Positions 1-9,858 of a stretch of 64,000 nucleotides of DNA are shown here, in pieces (within the stretch, counting starts at the first letter, position 1; each line of letters opens with the position of its first letter). The stretch lies in NCBI GenBank assembly GCA_012401045.1, contig GCA_012401045.1_4704.2; one strand, given 5' to 3'. This stretch comes from a phage. The translations under genes and the position numbers were made by a program. The notes under the pieces are model-generated. The model worked only from the letters and a program-made list of their open reading frames with translations. It ran no database searches and had not been told where the DNA came from.

Positions 1-70
1 TGTTGCGTGCTATCTTCTCGTTCATCTTCGGTGCAAGCCCAGCGACAGCTTTGCAGAATCTAGGATCCAT
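1..70 (-). CDS. partial CDS (N-terminal ~23 codons; gene continues beyond window start)
   Basis: Reverse-strand ATG at ~68-70 with AAGGAG about 6 nt upstream; frame open to window edge. Too short to appear in ORF track. Confidence 0.35.
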   Translation of the reverse strand, partial: MDPRFCKAVAGLAPKMNEKIARN

Positions 71-109
71 CACACACTCCTTTCAGAAAGTTGCTTAAGC
101 AGATTAAAG

Positions 110-1546
110 TTACTTTTTCGATGACGCTTTCTCAAGAATCTTGAAAAAGGTCATACCTATACCGACAACGGCCGCGGTTATGCTCGCAGCGGCTTTCCAA
201 ACATCGACGTTACGTTGACGTCGCGCTTCTTCCGCTTCACGTTGTCTTTTTGCCTCTTCATCACGTCGACGTATCTCAGCAGCAAACTCGTCGTGCTTAC
301 GTTTGGATTCTTCGTCTCGACGACGAAGTTCAGCGACGAATTCTTCATGTTTGCGTTTAGCCTCGTCGTCACGACGTTTTAAATCAGCTTGATAATCTTC
401 GTGTATTTGTCTACGTAGATCATCTTGACGCTTCATTTCGGCTTGGTGTTGTTCCATCCTACGTTTTTGTTCGTCTTTAAGCTGATCGAGTTCGGCTTTA
501 TGTTGTTCATCGCGCAGCTTTGCGTCGGCGCGATGCGCCTCATGCATCTGTGAGATAACTGCCTTGTGTTCATCCGCCATACGTCGCATTTCAGCCATCA
601 CCCCTTTAAGGGTTTCTTCTGATGCCTTACGTTCGTAGCTACGTTGGTCGAAATCATTTTTGTAGGCTTCTTTTTGGATGGGGTCGCGCCAATGCAATGC
701 CGATTCACGTGTCGGAAAAACATTGTACTTCCACATCTCTTTTTCCAAATCTTCGACCGGTACGAAGATGGAGTCATTATTCCCGAAGGTAACCAACATG
801 CCTGGCGCGCCTGCTCCATTCGTTGGTTTTATTTCGAACGCTTTCCCCAACACGTTAACCCATAAGCTATACGGATTATGAAAGTCGGGCGGCGTCCAAT
901 GGATAGTGAGTTGCGTTCCGAGAATCCGGAAACCCTCTGTTTTTCCCGTCAAGCTCCGCGCGCACGTTGCGATGTAGGGGTGATCAATCCCTTTCGTAAC
1001 GTGGTCTGCGCTTTTGTATTCTCCTTTAACTTTTACGATTGCCACGTTGATTTGCGCGACATAAGCGGGTTGATTAAAGTTCAACGTGTTGAGGTCAATT
1101 TGACATATTTCATCCAGCGTATCGTACCAGTCTTGCTGGTCTAATAGACGCGGCATTTTCTCTGTGTTAACAATACGACGGATATGCGGTTTCCTTATCG
1201 CGTAACCTGTACCGTTTTTAACACGGAGTATATCCCGACGTCTACCCGCGTAGACGAAGTTTCTGAATGCACCATTCGCATTAGATACGTCATGGCTGTC
1301 AACTATTACAGGACTACGAAATTTTGAACGTCGTACGATCCTGAATGTATTGCCGTCCTCAACCCTACCAGGAATGTACTGGAACATATTGTCGGAGGTG
1401 ATAACCAACACGGTATGGCCAGATTCATTAATACATGCCCATCCTAATTCCAGGTCATATAACGGTTCAGCATAACCGTCAATGCGATAAGCGTGCGTAC
1501 CATCCCACGGTTCGAACGCGGTATCACATATTGGCATGGAGGGCAT
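110..1546 (-). CDS. tail-anchored coiled-coil protein with C-terminal tandem basic/acidic repeats and one predicted C-terminal TM helix
   Basis: 480-aa track ORF (110..1552) begins at TTG; first ATG is codon 3 with GGAGG 6 nt upstream. Repeated RRRDEE-[AS]KRKH-[DE]EF-[AV]AE units, then hydrophobic AAASITAAVVGIGMTFF. Confidence 0.7.
   Translation of the reverse strand: MPSMPICDTAFEPWDGTHAYRIDGYAEPLYDLELGWACINESGHTVLVITSDNMFQYIPGRVEDGNTFRIVRRSKFRSPVIVDSHDVSNANGAFRNFVYAGRRRDILRVKNGTGYAIRKPHIRRIVNTEKMPRLLDQQDWYDTLDEICQIDLNTLNFNQPAYVAQINVAIVKVKGEYKSADHVTKGIDHPYIATCARSLTGKTEGFRILGTQLTIHWTPPDFHNPYSLWVNVLGKAFEIKPTNGAGAPGMLVTFGNNDSIFVPVEDLEKEMWKYNVFPTRESALHWRDPIQKEAYKNDFDQRSYERKASEETLKGVMAEMRRMADEHKAVISQMHEAHRADAKLRDEQHKAELDQLKDEQKRRMEQHQAEMKRQDDLRRQIHEDYQADLKRRDDEAKRKHEEFVAELRRRDEESKRKHDEFAAEIRRRDEEAKRQREAEEARRQRNVDVWKAAASITAAVVGIGMTFFKILEKASSKK
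200..400 (-). repeat. in-frame tandem DNA repeats encoding the RRRDEE-KRKH-EEF coiled-coil units of 110..1546
   Basis: Repeated cgacg/ttcttc-rich ~45-60-nt units visible on the plus strand. Confidence 0.5.
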
Positions 1547-1695
1547 CGTCAACCTCCATCAGATTGAAAACTATCACGCATAATACATTTCCCTTTTCTT
1601 GTTCTTATCGAGCCGACAGCCGACGGTTTCAGCATCGTTCCTAGCGCGAGAACGACCTTACGTGTTGTCTATGCCTTATTCATCGCAGGCGTCTG

Positions 1696-1715
1696 TCACC
1701 TAGGTAATGTAAGCG
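1696..1715 (-). promoter_or_regulatory. third, partial copy of promoter-like motif (TCACCTAGGTAATGTAAGCG)
   Basis: Shares the TCACCTAGGTAATGTA core; upstream of 110..1546. Confidence 0.3.
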
Positions 1716-1745
1716 TCAAATTTTTTCTATTCGCAACGATAAACG

Positions 1746-1794
1746 GCATAGAAACCTCCCCCAACCCTTGCGGGCTGAGGGAGGCTGACTTATG
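1746..1794 (-). terminator. palindromic GC-rich hairpin (GCATA-CCTCCC...GGGAGG-TATG family) downstream of capsid gene
   Basis: Inverted repeat with polypyrimidine/polypurine arms, extended by GCATA/TATG flanks. Confidence 0.55.
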
Positions 1795-1883
1795 TATCAC
1801 GGTGCCGGATGAATGTCCGGTGCAATGAAACCATCCGCAACGTTGTCATCAAGAATATCATCCAACGAAGCAGCTACGGTAGT

Positions 1884-4106
1884 TCAGTTAGTCTGAACCG
1901 GCAGCTTGATGTTTTCAGTGTAGACCTTACGCAGGTTCACAACGTTAATCAGACCCAGCAGCGGGCAGTTGTTAACGAAGCGGCAGCGCGGCTGAACCAT
2001 GGTTTCTTTAGAAACCTGACCGTTACGGGTAACCTGAGCAACAGATACCAGTTCCGGTACGTACAGGAACATACCGAAGGTCAGCGGATCCGGAGAACCC
2101 TGGATACCACGAGACAGGGTCACGAAGATCTTATCGCGCAGCATGACGTTCGGGTTATCTACAACCACGAAGTTGAAGCTTACACCGACGGTACGGAAAT
2201 CGCCATCGGTCTGCAGGAACTGCGGGATGTAGTTGTCAGTTGCTACTACGCAACGCGGTTTCTCATCGGCGTTGGAAGACAGCAGCTGCAGAGCTGGCTG
2301 ATAACCAGACTCGGAGTACATGCGGTATGCCATCTCACGAATCACGTTCATGATCGCAGCAGACACTTCAGCACGACGTTCTGCAGTGGTGGTACCCTGA
2401 ACAGATTTCTCCAGGTCCAGATTGATTTCTTCGAACCACGGACGGATCAGGTAACGACCGAAACCTTCGATCTGGATGTCACCGAACTGACGGAAGCGAG
2501 AGGTCGCAACCGCTTTCAGTGCGTCTTTGTAGCTGAACAGTTTCTCAACCATCAGGTTGTCGAAACGTGCGTTAGCAGCTTGGATCAGAACGTCCAGGTC
2601 AGCAGCGTTTTCTTCCCAATCCAGCGGACGAGGAATGGAGAACGGAGCCAGCAGGCCGATTGCGTAACGTTCTTGCTTCATGTTGAAGTCAAGGTGCTTA
2701 CCGCGTTCACGACGGTTGCTGTTGTTACGGCGGATACGCAGTTCGTAACCAACCAGTTTGAAGCTCAGGTCTTCAGCCAGTTGTTTGAACTCTTCGCTCT
2801 TACGCGGTTGTTCGATGTTGTCCTGATCAACCAGGCGATACAGTTCAGCGTTAGCGCCGTTAACACGCAGACCCGCTTTCTCTACGTTGGAAGAACCGTA
2901 AACTTCGATCGCCAGCTGAGCAGCAGATTTCGCATCGATGATGTCCTGCAGCGCTTCGGCTTTCGCACCTTTAACGTCTTTGGTGTTCTCATCAACGAAG
3001 ATGGAGTGGGTGTCGAACGCCAGGGTCATTTTGCGGAAGTCGCCTTCCAGGGATTTCTGGAAACCGTTGGTGATCAGACCAGATACGTCGAACGGTACGT
3101 AAGAGGTTTTGCTGTGCTTGGTAGATTTGATTTCCACCAGGATTTTGGTCAGCGTGATCTGGGCGTCCAGCGCGTCGGTGTTGTCGCTATAACCGTTAGC
3201 CAGGATGCTATCGTCTTCAGCGATACCGATCATGTCGATCAGTTTATCAACAGCCAGGTAAGACGTTTTATAAGTTACGCCTTTAATTTCGATGTCGCGC
3301 GGAGCAACGATAGCTTTGTCAACGAAGTACTGCGCGTTAGCATCGTCAGCACGATAGATCGGATGCAGATCGGTCACGTCGTTGGACAGAACGTCGTTGT
3401 ACATGAACGCATCCAGCAGCGGACGACGTACCCAATCAGCCGGAGTACCGTCGGCGTTACGACGCAGGTGGTTGAACACCAGCGGACGACGGAAAGATAC
3501 GTCGTAACCGATCTGGTTCGGAGCCAGAACGATGGTGTTGTACAGTTCGTTACCCATGCGGCTCAGACGAGAAGCCTTCACGTTGAACACAACGGAGTAC
3601 GGCATCATGTCACGCAGTTCTTTCTGGTCGTAGGACAGCTGAACCAGTTCTTCAGATTCGCAACCGCAGGAATCAGCAGCCATCATGACGAAGTTAGAGC
3701 TGTCAACTTCACGGCCAGACGGAGTGGTGCTGATGTTCATGGAACGTGCTTGTTTAGCATATTCCACCGGGTTACCATGAGCCAGCATGATCAGTGCTGC
3801 TGCACGAGCCTGCTGTGCGTTCATGGTGAACAGCTGTTCTTCAATACGCTGCTTCTCTTCCGGAGTGGTGGTTTCGAAGCCCAGCATGGACAGAACCGGT
3901 TCTTCTGCTTTACGGATGTCGCTGCTGAAGCTCTTAACATCCATTTCGTTAACCAGTTTGTCCATGGATTTGAAATCAACCTTAGAAGCAGATTCCATAG
4001 ACAGGAAGGTGTTCTCCAGACCTTTGTCTGCTGGTTTGCTACCATTAGCGGTCAGGAACTGGCGAGTGGCCGCGACCTGTTGGCTAAGAAGGGTTTTATC
4101 ATTCAT
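1884..4106 (-). CDS. putative major capsid protein (740 aa); tail sheath not excluded
   Basis: Long ORF with strongly host-optimal codon usage (cgt/ctg/ggt/aac/gaa), AAGGA RBS 8 nt before ATG, hairpin terminator downstream. Size matches major capsid proteins of phiKZ-like phages. No homology search run. Confidence 0.45.
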   Translation of the reverse strand: MNDKTLLSQQVAATRQFLTANGSKPADKGLENTFLSMESASKVDFKSMDKLVNEMDVKSFSSDIRKAEEPVLSMLGFETTTPEEKQRIEEQLFTMNAQQARAAALIMLAHGNPVEYAKQARSMNISTTPSGREVDSSNFVMMAADSCGCESEELVQLSYDQKELRDMMPYSVVFNVKASRLSRMGNELYNTIVLAPNQIGYDVSFRRPLVFNHLRRNADGTPADWVRRPLLDAFMYNDVLSNDVTDLHPIYRADDANAQYFVDKAIVAPRDIEIKGVTYKTSYLAVDKLIDMIGIAEDDSILANGYSDNTDALDAQITLTKILVEIKSTKHSKTSYVPFDVSGLITNGFQKSLEGDFRKMTLAFDTHSIFVDENTKDVKGAKAEALQDIIDAKSAAQLAIEVYGSSNVEKAGLRVNGANAELYRLVDQDNIEQPRKSEEFKQLAEDLSFKLVGYELRIRRNNSNRRERGKHLDFNMKQERYAIGLLAPFSIPRPLDWEENAADLDVLIQAANARFDNLMVEKLFSYKDALKAVATSRFRQFGDIQIEGFGRYLIRPWFEEINLDLEKSVQGTTTAERRAEVSAAIMNVIREMAYRMYSESGYQPALQLLSSNADEKPRCVVATDNYIPQFLQTDGDFRTVGVSFNFVVVDNPNVMLRDKIFVTLSRGIQGSPDPLTFGMFLYVPELVSVAQVTRNGQVSKETMVQPRCRFVNNCPLLGLINVVNLRKVYTENIKLPVQTN

Positions 4107-4255
4107 TGAAAGTATCCTTTACAGAATTAACTTATATAAGTCGGTCGATAGACCATAGCGTACACGCGTGCATGCGCCACTATAGTATCAGTAAACACTT
4201 ACCGTTATTGAGGTCGTGATACAACACTAAAAATGCCGCATAACTTTTCCCTACG

Positions 4256-4876
4256 TCATAAACGACGCAGGCGATAATGGATGGAACGATTGGTGCAATA
4301 TGAACGGAACAGCGGCAATTGCGCAACTTCCGCAAGACTCATATTAATTCGCAGGTGTTCAATAACGGCGCTGTAGTTATCAGCAATACGATCGCTCAAT
4401 AACTCTTCTGCCAATAAAGGAAGACAATCGACAACAATCGCGATCACATCCTCATTAACATAACGCACCCGAACACTCAACGGACGTTTGTCTGGGCTGT
4501 AAGTTGGATCCGCCAAACGACGTTCAATATCACGCGGATAGCTCGTCAGTAAATGGTAATAACCATTGTCATAACGATTGATGTACTCACACAGCACATC
4601 AACATTCTTCTCTGGCGGCAAACCTGTTTCGTCATAGTGATACGCAAACATACCACCAAGCAGGTTGTTAAGATGAACCGCAGGGTTCGCTTGTTCGTGT
4701 TCTTTCGTGATGAAGAAAGGCACATTTTGAGCTGCGAAATAAAAACCTACATCATTGGGCGATAGTATGCCGAAAAGACTTTTAGGGTCTAATAACACCT
4801 GTAAGTCATCACGCGCATTTCGAATAATCGCGTGTTCTACCCAATTCGGAACGACGAGATATCGGAGTTCCTTCAT
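4256..4876 (-). CDS. hypothetical protein (206 aa), immediately upstream of capsid gene
   Basis: ATG start with AGAGG RBS ~9 nt upstream; no recognisable motif. Confidence 0.7.
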   Translation of the reverse strand: MKELRYLVVPNWVEHAIIRNARDDLQVLLDPKSLFGILSPNDVGFYFAAQNVPFFITKEHEQANPAVHLNNLLGGMFAYHYDETGLPPEKNVDVLCEYINRYDNGYYHLLTSYPRDIERRLADPTYSPDKRPLSVRVRYVNEDVIAIVVDCLPLLAEELLSDRIADNYSAVIEHLRINMSLAEVAQLPLFRSYCTNRSIHYRLRRL

Positions 4877-4915
4877 TATGATTACCTCTTTGCAAGTATC
4901 GAAAGGATTGAGTCG

Positions 4916-6526
4916 ATGGACCCAAAACAGATAGCCATTAAGATTATTACGTTACTGTTTCGTAATGCACAATTGAACCATCCCGATCCCAGTACGATCG
5001 AACATGTTAAATCCGTCTTAGATAAAGTCGAACCCCCGAAAAACCATCTCGCTACAGACGTAGATAGAGAGGTTTTCAACAACCTGATGAATACCATTCA
5101 TTGGATGTTGGAACAACCATTATCGGAACCTTTCGATAAACAACAGTTGTTACAAAGGATACGTTTGGATTGCCTTGAACAAAGCAATCTTTACGAGATT
5201 CTTGCCGACGGACTGTACGATATCGAAGACGACGCTCATATCAGTAAGGTCTGTTCACTCTATTACAACGAATTACGTAATCTGATTACCCGTCGTCGTG
5301 TTTTCGAAACCTTTAGAAACACGTACATGGATATCAGTAACGGGCGACTTGGGGATAAAGAATTTTTCGATGCAATGGCGAATCTGAAATTATCGCTAGA
5401 CAGTATCGAAATGGATACCGAAAATCCCGAAGAGATGTCGTGTATGATTGACGGCTTTATCGCTGACAGCGAAGACGATATCGAGAAAGTCGAACGTATG
5501 TTCGTCAAAGCGATGGAACGTAACAGTCCTGAAGGTGGATTTGTAACCGGCTGGCAAGGCTTTAATAAAATGTTGGGGTCGGTCGGCGTTTTACGTCGCG
5601 GTACCTTAGGACTGATCGGTGCAATGCAGCACCGGAACAAGTCAGGCGTGTTGTTAAAACTGTTCACACATCTGGCATTGTACAACAAACCCCATTTCTT
5701 TTTCCCGGAGCGAGCAAAGAAAGCATTACTGATTCATTTGTCGACAGAAAACGAAGTGGAAGAAAACACGCTTCAGATATACAAGAACATGCGAGAACAG
5801 GAAACAGGCGAATATGTCGATATTCGTAAGATTGACCCTCGCGAGGCATCACGTTATGTGTTGAAGGTGTTCAACGATGCGGGTTTCTCTGTTTGTATGC
5901 GTCGTGTTGATGGGATGAGTTATAAACAACTCGCTAATCTCATCGACCATTTCGAACGCATGGGTTATGAAGTCATGGCGTTGTTCATTGACTATCTGAA
6001 AATGTTCTCATCGGAAGGGTTGGATAGAAATGGACCGACCGGCGCATGGCTCCAAGAACTCTTCAACAAAGTACGTAACCTCTGCAGCGTCAAACGTATT
6101 TTAGGTATGACTGTACACCAGCTGTCATCCGATGCGAAGATGCGTGCGCGTGATGGTAACGATGAAGAGTTTGTTGACCAGGTCGCAGGTTTAAGTTACT
6201 GGGATGGTTGTAAAGGGATCGACCGTGAGATTGACCTTGAAGTGATTGTTGATATCGTTAAGGAGCCGGGCAAACGTCAAAGCTGGCAGGTCTTTGCGTT
6301 AGGGAAAGACCGTCAACCGGATAACGGTTCAACGAAACCTGAAGACAAACATTTCGCGATGCCATTCCAAACCATCGGGATGCTTCCTGATGATTACGGT
6401 AAGAAAGCAGTATATTGCCGCAAGGTTGGCGGACAACCTGTCTCCGAGGGAGGTAAAGGTCCGTGGAACAAGTTCGATGAAAACGCAGCACCGAGTAATG
6501 AATTACAATTTGATTTAGAATTTTAA
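4916..6526 (+). CDS. hypothetical protein (536 aa)
   Basis: Track ORF 4832..6526 starts at GTG inside the divergent gene; first ATG at 4916 has GAAAGGA RBS 8 nt upstream. Ends at a bidirectional terminator. Confidence 0.7.
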   Translation: MDPKQIAIKIITLLFRNAQLNHPDPSTIEHVKSVLDKVEPPKNHLATDVDREVFNNLMNTIHWMLEQPLSEPFDKQQLLQRIRLDCLEQSNLYEILADGLYDIEDDAHISKVCSLYYNELRNLITRRRVFETFRNTYMDISNGRLGDKEFFDAMANLKLSLDSIEMDTENPEEMSCMIDGFIADSEDDIEKVERMFVKAMERNSPEGGFVTGWQGFNKMLGSVGVLRRGTLGLIGAMQHRNKSGVLLKLFTHLALYNKPHFFFPERAKKALLIHLSTENEVEENTLQIYKNMREQETGEYVDIRKIDPREASRYVLKVFNDAGFSVCMRRVDGMSYKQLANLIDHFERMGYEVMALFIDYLKMFSSEGLDRNGPTGAWLQELFNKVRNLCSVKRILGMTVHQLSSDAKMRARDGNDEEFVDQVAGLSYWDGCKGIDREIDLEVIVDIVKEPGKRQSWQVFALGKDRQPDNGSTKPEDKHFAMPFQTIGMLPDDYGKKAVYCRKVGGQPVSEGGKGPWNKFDENAAPSNELQFDLEF

Positions 6527-6530
6527 ACGC

Positions 6531-6590
6531 AAAAAAAAAAAAAGATTGTACGGTTCCCTCCTCCAACCCGTAAGGGAAGGAGGAAGGTTT
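6531..6590. terminator. bidirectional intrinsic terminator (A13 run plus CCCTCCTCC...GGAGGAAGG hairpin) between convergent genes
   Basis: Hairpin flanked by a 13-nt A run on plus strand (T run for minus-strand transcripts). Confidence 0.7.
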
Positions 6591-6603
6591 ATGACCGCTT
6601 TGA

Positions 6604-6930
6604 TTAACTTATTGTCATGAATTCATTAGGTGAAAATTTCCAGCCGTTCTCAGTGAGAAGCGTGTTGAGTTTTGCCGCAACGATAAGCCATGCATGCATG
6701 GCCGTTACATCGTATTGGCGATTCACTCGACGTTGGTTTTCGATATTGATTTGCTCCTGTTCAGTGATGTTTGGATAAAGTGCGATAGCGCTAGGTTTAC
6801 CCAGCGCGCTAGTCATCACCGCCGTACATTCACTGATAATGTTGTTTAAGTGGTAGTTATACACCGTTCCACGCATGACGCGATGACGGCATTCGATAAT
6901 AGCGTCGTAAATGATTTCTCGAGTAATCAT
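6604..6930 (-). CDS. hypothetical protein (108 aa)
   Basis: ATG-initiated ORF immediately upstream of the hairpin plus T-run terminator. Confidence 0.6.
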   Translation of the reverse strand: MITREIIYDAIIECRHRVMRGTVYNYHLNNIISECTAVMTSALGKPSAIALYPNITEQEQINIENQRRVNRQYDVTAMHAWLIVAAKLNTLLTENGWKFSPNEFMTIS

Positions 6931-6936
6931 GATAAT

Positions 6937-7338
6937 TTAAAACATACGGTCGTTTTTAGCACGGGCGTCCATTACCAGATCGTAGATGCCTGCGGTTCGT
7001 AAGCACTCTTCGTAGTAACGATGTGTGCCTTCCTCAGCCATCCACGATAACCCTCGGCTATCCGCAACGATAACCAGTTTGTTATTGTTGAACGCACACA
7101 CCACACGGTAGGTCGCGTTGTTATTCGGATCGCGAGTGATAAGTTCGTAAACGCCGTTAACAGGTTTACTGAATTCGCCGTTTAACGGAACGAGTTCGGT
7201 AGTACCTTCAGCAAACGTTACGTTGATCGGTGATGGGTCTTTAGCGATAACAGTATATTCCACATTGTGTTCTTTACTGGTCATAATACCGAAGTAAGAA
7301 CTCACAGGGGAACGCGGTACACTAAGAATATTAAACAT
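6937..7338 (-). CDS. hypothetical protein (133 aa)
   Basis: ATG start with AAGAGG RBS; tightly packed with neighbours. Confidence 0.65.
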   Translation of the reverse strand: MFNILSVPRSPVSSYFGIMTSKEHNVEYTVIAKDPSPINVTFAEGTTELVPLNGEFSKPVNGVYELITRDPNNNATYRVVCAFNNNKLVIVADSRGLSWMAEEGTHRYYEECLRTAGIYDLVMDARAKNDRMF

Positions 7339-7407
7339 AAATGTTGTCCTCTTAATTGGATTTAGATTGTTGGGTATGTGATTGGAAATGAAAACGTTGT
7401 TTCGGTT

Positions 7408-7977
7408 TTAGACGATGAGTGACCAGGTGGTAAGCACCCCACTTGCGAATTCGAGCTTAAGACGTTTACCGATAAGTTGTTGCTGGATCATCTTCTCGGT
7501 GATACGTCGATCATGCTGAACCGCTTTATCAAACGCTTCTTTCGCTTCAGCTTGGTAGAAGTTCGTTTCTTCGTTTTCGTCGATCTCTTCGAGAGCATCG
7601 TCGTCGATGTCAGCAAGTTTCACTCGACCGTTTTCATCAGGTTGTTCTGCAGGTTCATTGTCATACGGCGTGTCTTTTGTTGGTGCGACACGATGTTGCA
7701 ACTCGACCTGCGTTAACATGATCTCCATCTCACCATCGATAGGAATGATTTCATCGGCGCTGCCGTTTTCGGTCAGCTCGCGACTTTCCAGTAATGTCGT
7801 CGTAACAGAGAACACCTCTTCAACAGGAACCTCATCATCGTCGATGGTGTTAACCGTGTTGCTGGTAACTTCAGCAACAACCATCAAATCAAATGCGTGA
7901 GGGTCACCTGGCATTTTGATTCCTGGAAGTTTGTTGAGGTACCAAGGATCAAGAATCATGATTTCTGGATTAAACAT
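7408..7977 (-). CDS. hypothetical acidic protein (189 aa)
   Basis: ATG start with AAAGG RBS; D/E-rich central region. Confidence 0.65.
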   Translation of the reverse strand: MFNPEIMILDPWYLNKLPGIKMPGDPHAFDLMVVAEVTSNTVNTIDDDEVPVEEVFSVTTTLLESRELTENGSADEIIPIDGEMEIMLTQVELQHRVAPTKDTPYDNEPAEQPDENGRVKLADIDDDALEEIDENEETNFYQAEAKEAFDKAVQHDRRITEKMIQQQLIGKRLKLEFASGVLTTWSLIV

Positions 7978-8053
7978 CGTATTTTACCTTTCTATGTTAG
8001 GTGGATTTCGGATAGAAGAATCAATGCATAAACTAATTTAAGTTTGTTAAGGT

Positions 8054-8956
8054 TTACTTAGCCTTTGAGTTATACGGACTAACATGTTGTTGTACTCGTT
8101 GGATTGTATCGTAGTACGGGTTAAGTTGATTGAACATGTTGTTGTGTGGGTGATAGCCATATGGCGCATTTTGCCTTGTTGGTGAGAAACCTTGTTGAGA
8201 AGGACGGTTTGAATTAACCGCGAGTACGTAGTAAACCAAATTTTGGCGGTCGAACGTTCCTTCGTTTTTGAAGGTGTCGGCGTAGGCGCTTACCGCTGGA
8301 GCGAGCCTATCACCATCGGTTGTAATGATTGTGCCATCGGGATAAACTTCCCGAACGACGCACCATGTTCCGATGAGAACATCTTTGGGTGATGTATTAC
8401 CGTATCCGGTTGTAACGGTAAGGTAAGTATCGAACCCTTCAGAACAACAAGGATGACGATAGATGGGTCCTGTCATTTCCAGTCTATCGGTGTCACCGCA
8501 TTTCTCTATTGAGAGCGATGATGTGTCGGTTTTGAAATTGTCAAATTCTTTCTTTAAGTCGATTACGGGTTCTTTCGTATAGTACTTCTTGATTGCTTTG
8601 ACGTAAAGATCGGGAACGGTTGTCAGCAATCCGTTATACCTGATTCTCAGGTTTTCGAGTAATCCAAAGATGCTCGCGCATGCCTGTTCGCGAGGTTTTG
8701 TAAGATAAGAGATCCCCCCAGGAACGCTGGGATCTTTGAGAAAGAAGATTGCGTTATTGTCGTTGTGCGATGCGTTGAAGAAAACGATTGATTCGATATA
8801 TACGGAGCATAGGCTGTCGTTGGCGTCGTCAGATAACACCCAGATGCACTCATCGGTCGTCTTGTTTAAAAGTTCTGTTTTGTCGACCAAACGTTGTTTC
8901 ATTGCGAGGAAATGTGCCTGTTGTTCAGCGGATAATTCACGATAAATGGTGGTCAT
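8054..8956 (-). CDS. hypothetical protein (300 aa), paralog of 9042..9824
   Basis: AAGGAG RBS; shares [YF]D[RT]YLT[IV]T-G and RE[IV]YPDG-I[VI]T blocks with the adjacent gene. Confidence 0.7.
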   Translation of the reverse strand: MTTIYRELSAEQQAHFLAMKQRLVDKTELLNKTTDECIWVLSDDANDSLCSVYIESIVFFNASHNDNNAIFFLKDPSVPGGISYLTKPREQACASIFGLLENLRIRYNGLLTTVPDLYVKAIKKYYTKEPVIDLKKEFDNFKTDTSSLSIEKCGDTDRLEMTGPIYRHPCCSEGFDTYLTVTTGYGNTSPKDVLIGTWCVVREVYPDGTIITTDGDRLAPAVSAYADTFKNEGTFDRQNLVYYVLAVNSNRPSQQGFSPTRQNAPYGYHPHNNMFNQLNPYYDTIQRVQQHVSPYNSKAK

Positions 8957-9041
8957 GTTGAGCTCCTTGATTACGATAAGGATGATTGCGGTTTTGTGGT
9001 GTTGGTAGGGCCCTAAACAAATGAACCCTACTAATATTAGG

Positions 9042-9824
9042 TTAATCGGGATCGGCGTAGAAATGGTGAGGATAGCCGGAGTACGATCCCGCGTTACCGG
9101 TTATGGATTCTTTCTGGGAATCGACGACGAGTGCATAGAACTGTCGGGAATTTGTTAGCGTTGAGAAATAAGAGGAAAGGACTTTTTCATTCAACGCATC
9201 GCAAGGTAGACAGGTGCGACCGCAAAACGTCACGATACGGCCGTCAGGATAGATCTCACGAATCATTCTCCACTCGCCAATATCGACTGGTGATGGCGCT
9301 GCTACACCACCTGTTATCGTTAAGTAACGATCGTACGTGGTATGGCATTCAGGATGAACGTAAATCGGTTGGGCATCAATACTATCGTTTTCTGTTTGAT
9401 CTTTATTCACGTATACCTCAAGGTAGATTGTTGGTAACCCGGTTAGAACGCCAGTGTCACGACGTTTTTTGGTAATCCGGGGACGGATATTATCGAGCAC
9501 GCCTTCCAGTTTTTCTGCGACTTCGTCAGCCGGTAATATATACCCGTATGTTGGTTCTGGGTCATCACCGTGGCTAAATAAGATACGACAGTCGTTTTTA
9601 TTAAATTCTATATCTTCAGGTGGGAAGATGATGACGCGAACCGTATGGCGTTCTGCGATATAAAATCCTTCAGGCCCCTCAGTTTTGGTAAGTGTAAAGG
9701 ACCAGGATGAATGATCTTCAAGTGACGTGCCTGCCAGGAAAAAGTCCGCCCGAATTGGTGCGTTCCATTTCGCGATCATATTGGCGTGACCAATAACGCC
9801 TAATTTTTGATAAATATCTGTCAT
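9042..9824 (-). CDS. hypothetical protein (260 aa), paralog of 8054..8956
   Basis: ATG with GAGG RBS; conserved promoter-like motif lies upstream; paralogy as above. Confidence 0.7.
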   Translation of the reverse strand: MTDIYQKLGVIGHANMIAKWNAPIRADFFLAGTSLEDHSSWSFTLTKTEGPEGFYIAERHTVRVIIFPPEDIEFNKNDCRILFSHGDDPEPTYGYILPADEVAEKLEGVLDNIRPRITKKRRDTGVLTGLPTIYLEVYVNKDQTENDSIDAQPIYVHPECHTTYDRYLTITGGVAAPSPVDIGEWRMIREIYPDGRIVTFCGRTCLPCDALNEKVLSSYFSTLTNSRQFYALVVDSQKESITGNAGSYSGYPHHFYADPD

Positions 9825-9858
9825 GATTGTATCCTCGGTTATTAAGAGAATTTACAAC

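Noticed and set aside
1809-4109. 766-aa plus-strand ORF antisense to the putative capsid gene
   Set aside because: Mirror ORF of a strongly codon-biased minus-strand gene. It has no RBS and an implausible composition (V/R/F/Q-rich), whereas the minus-strand ORF has an AAGGA RBS and a downstream terminator.
4256-4876. Calling the 206-aa gene upstream of the capsid gene a prohead protease
   Set aside because: Position is suggestive (compare T4 gene 21), but no catalytic His/Ser or other protease motif could be identified by eye.
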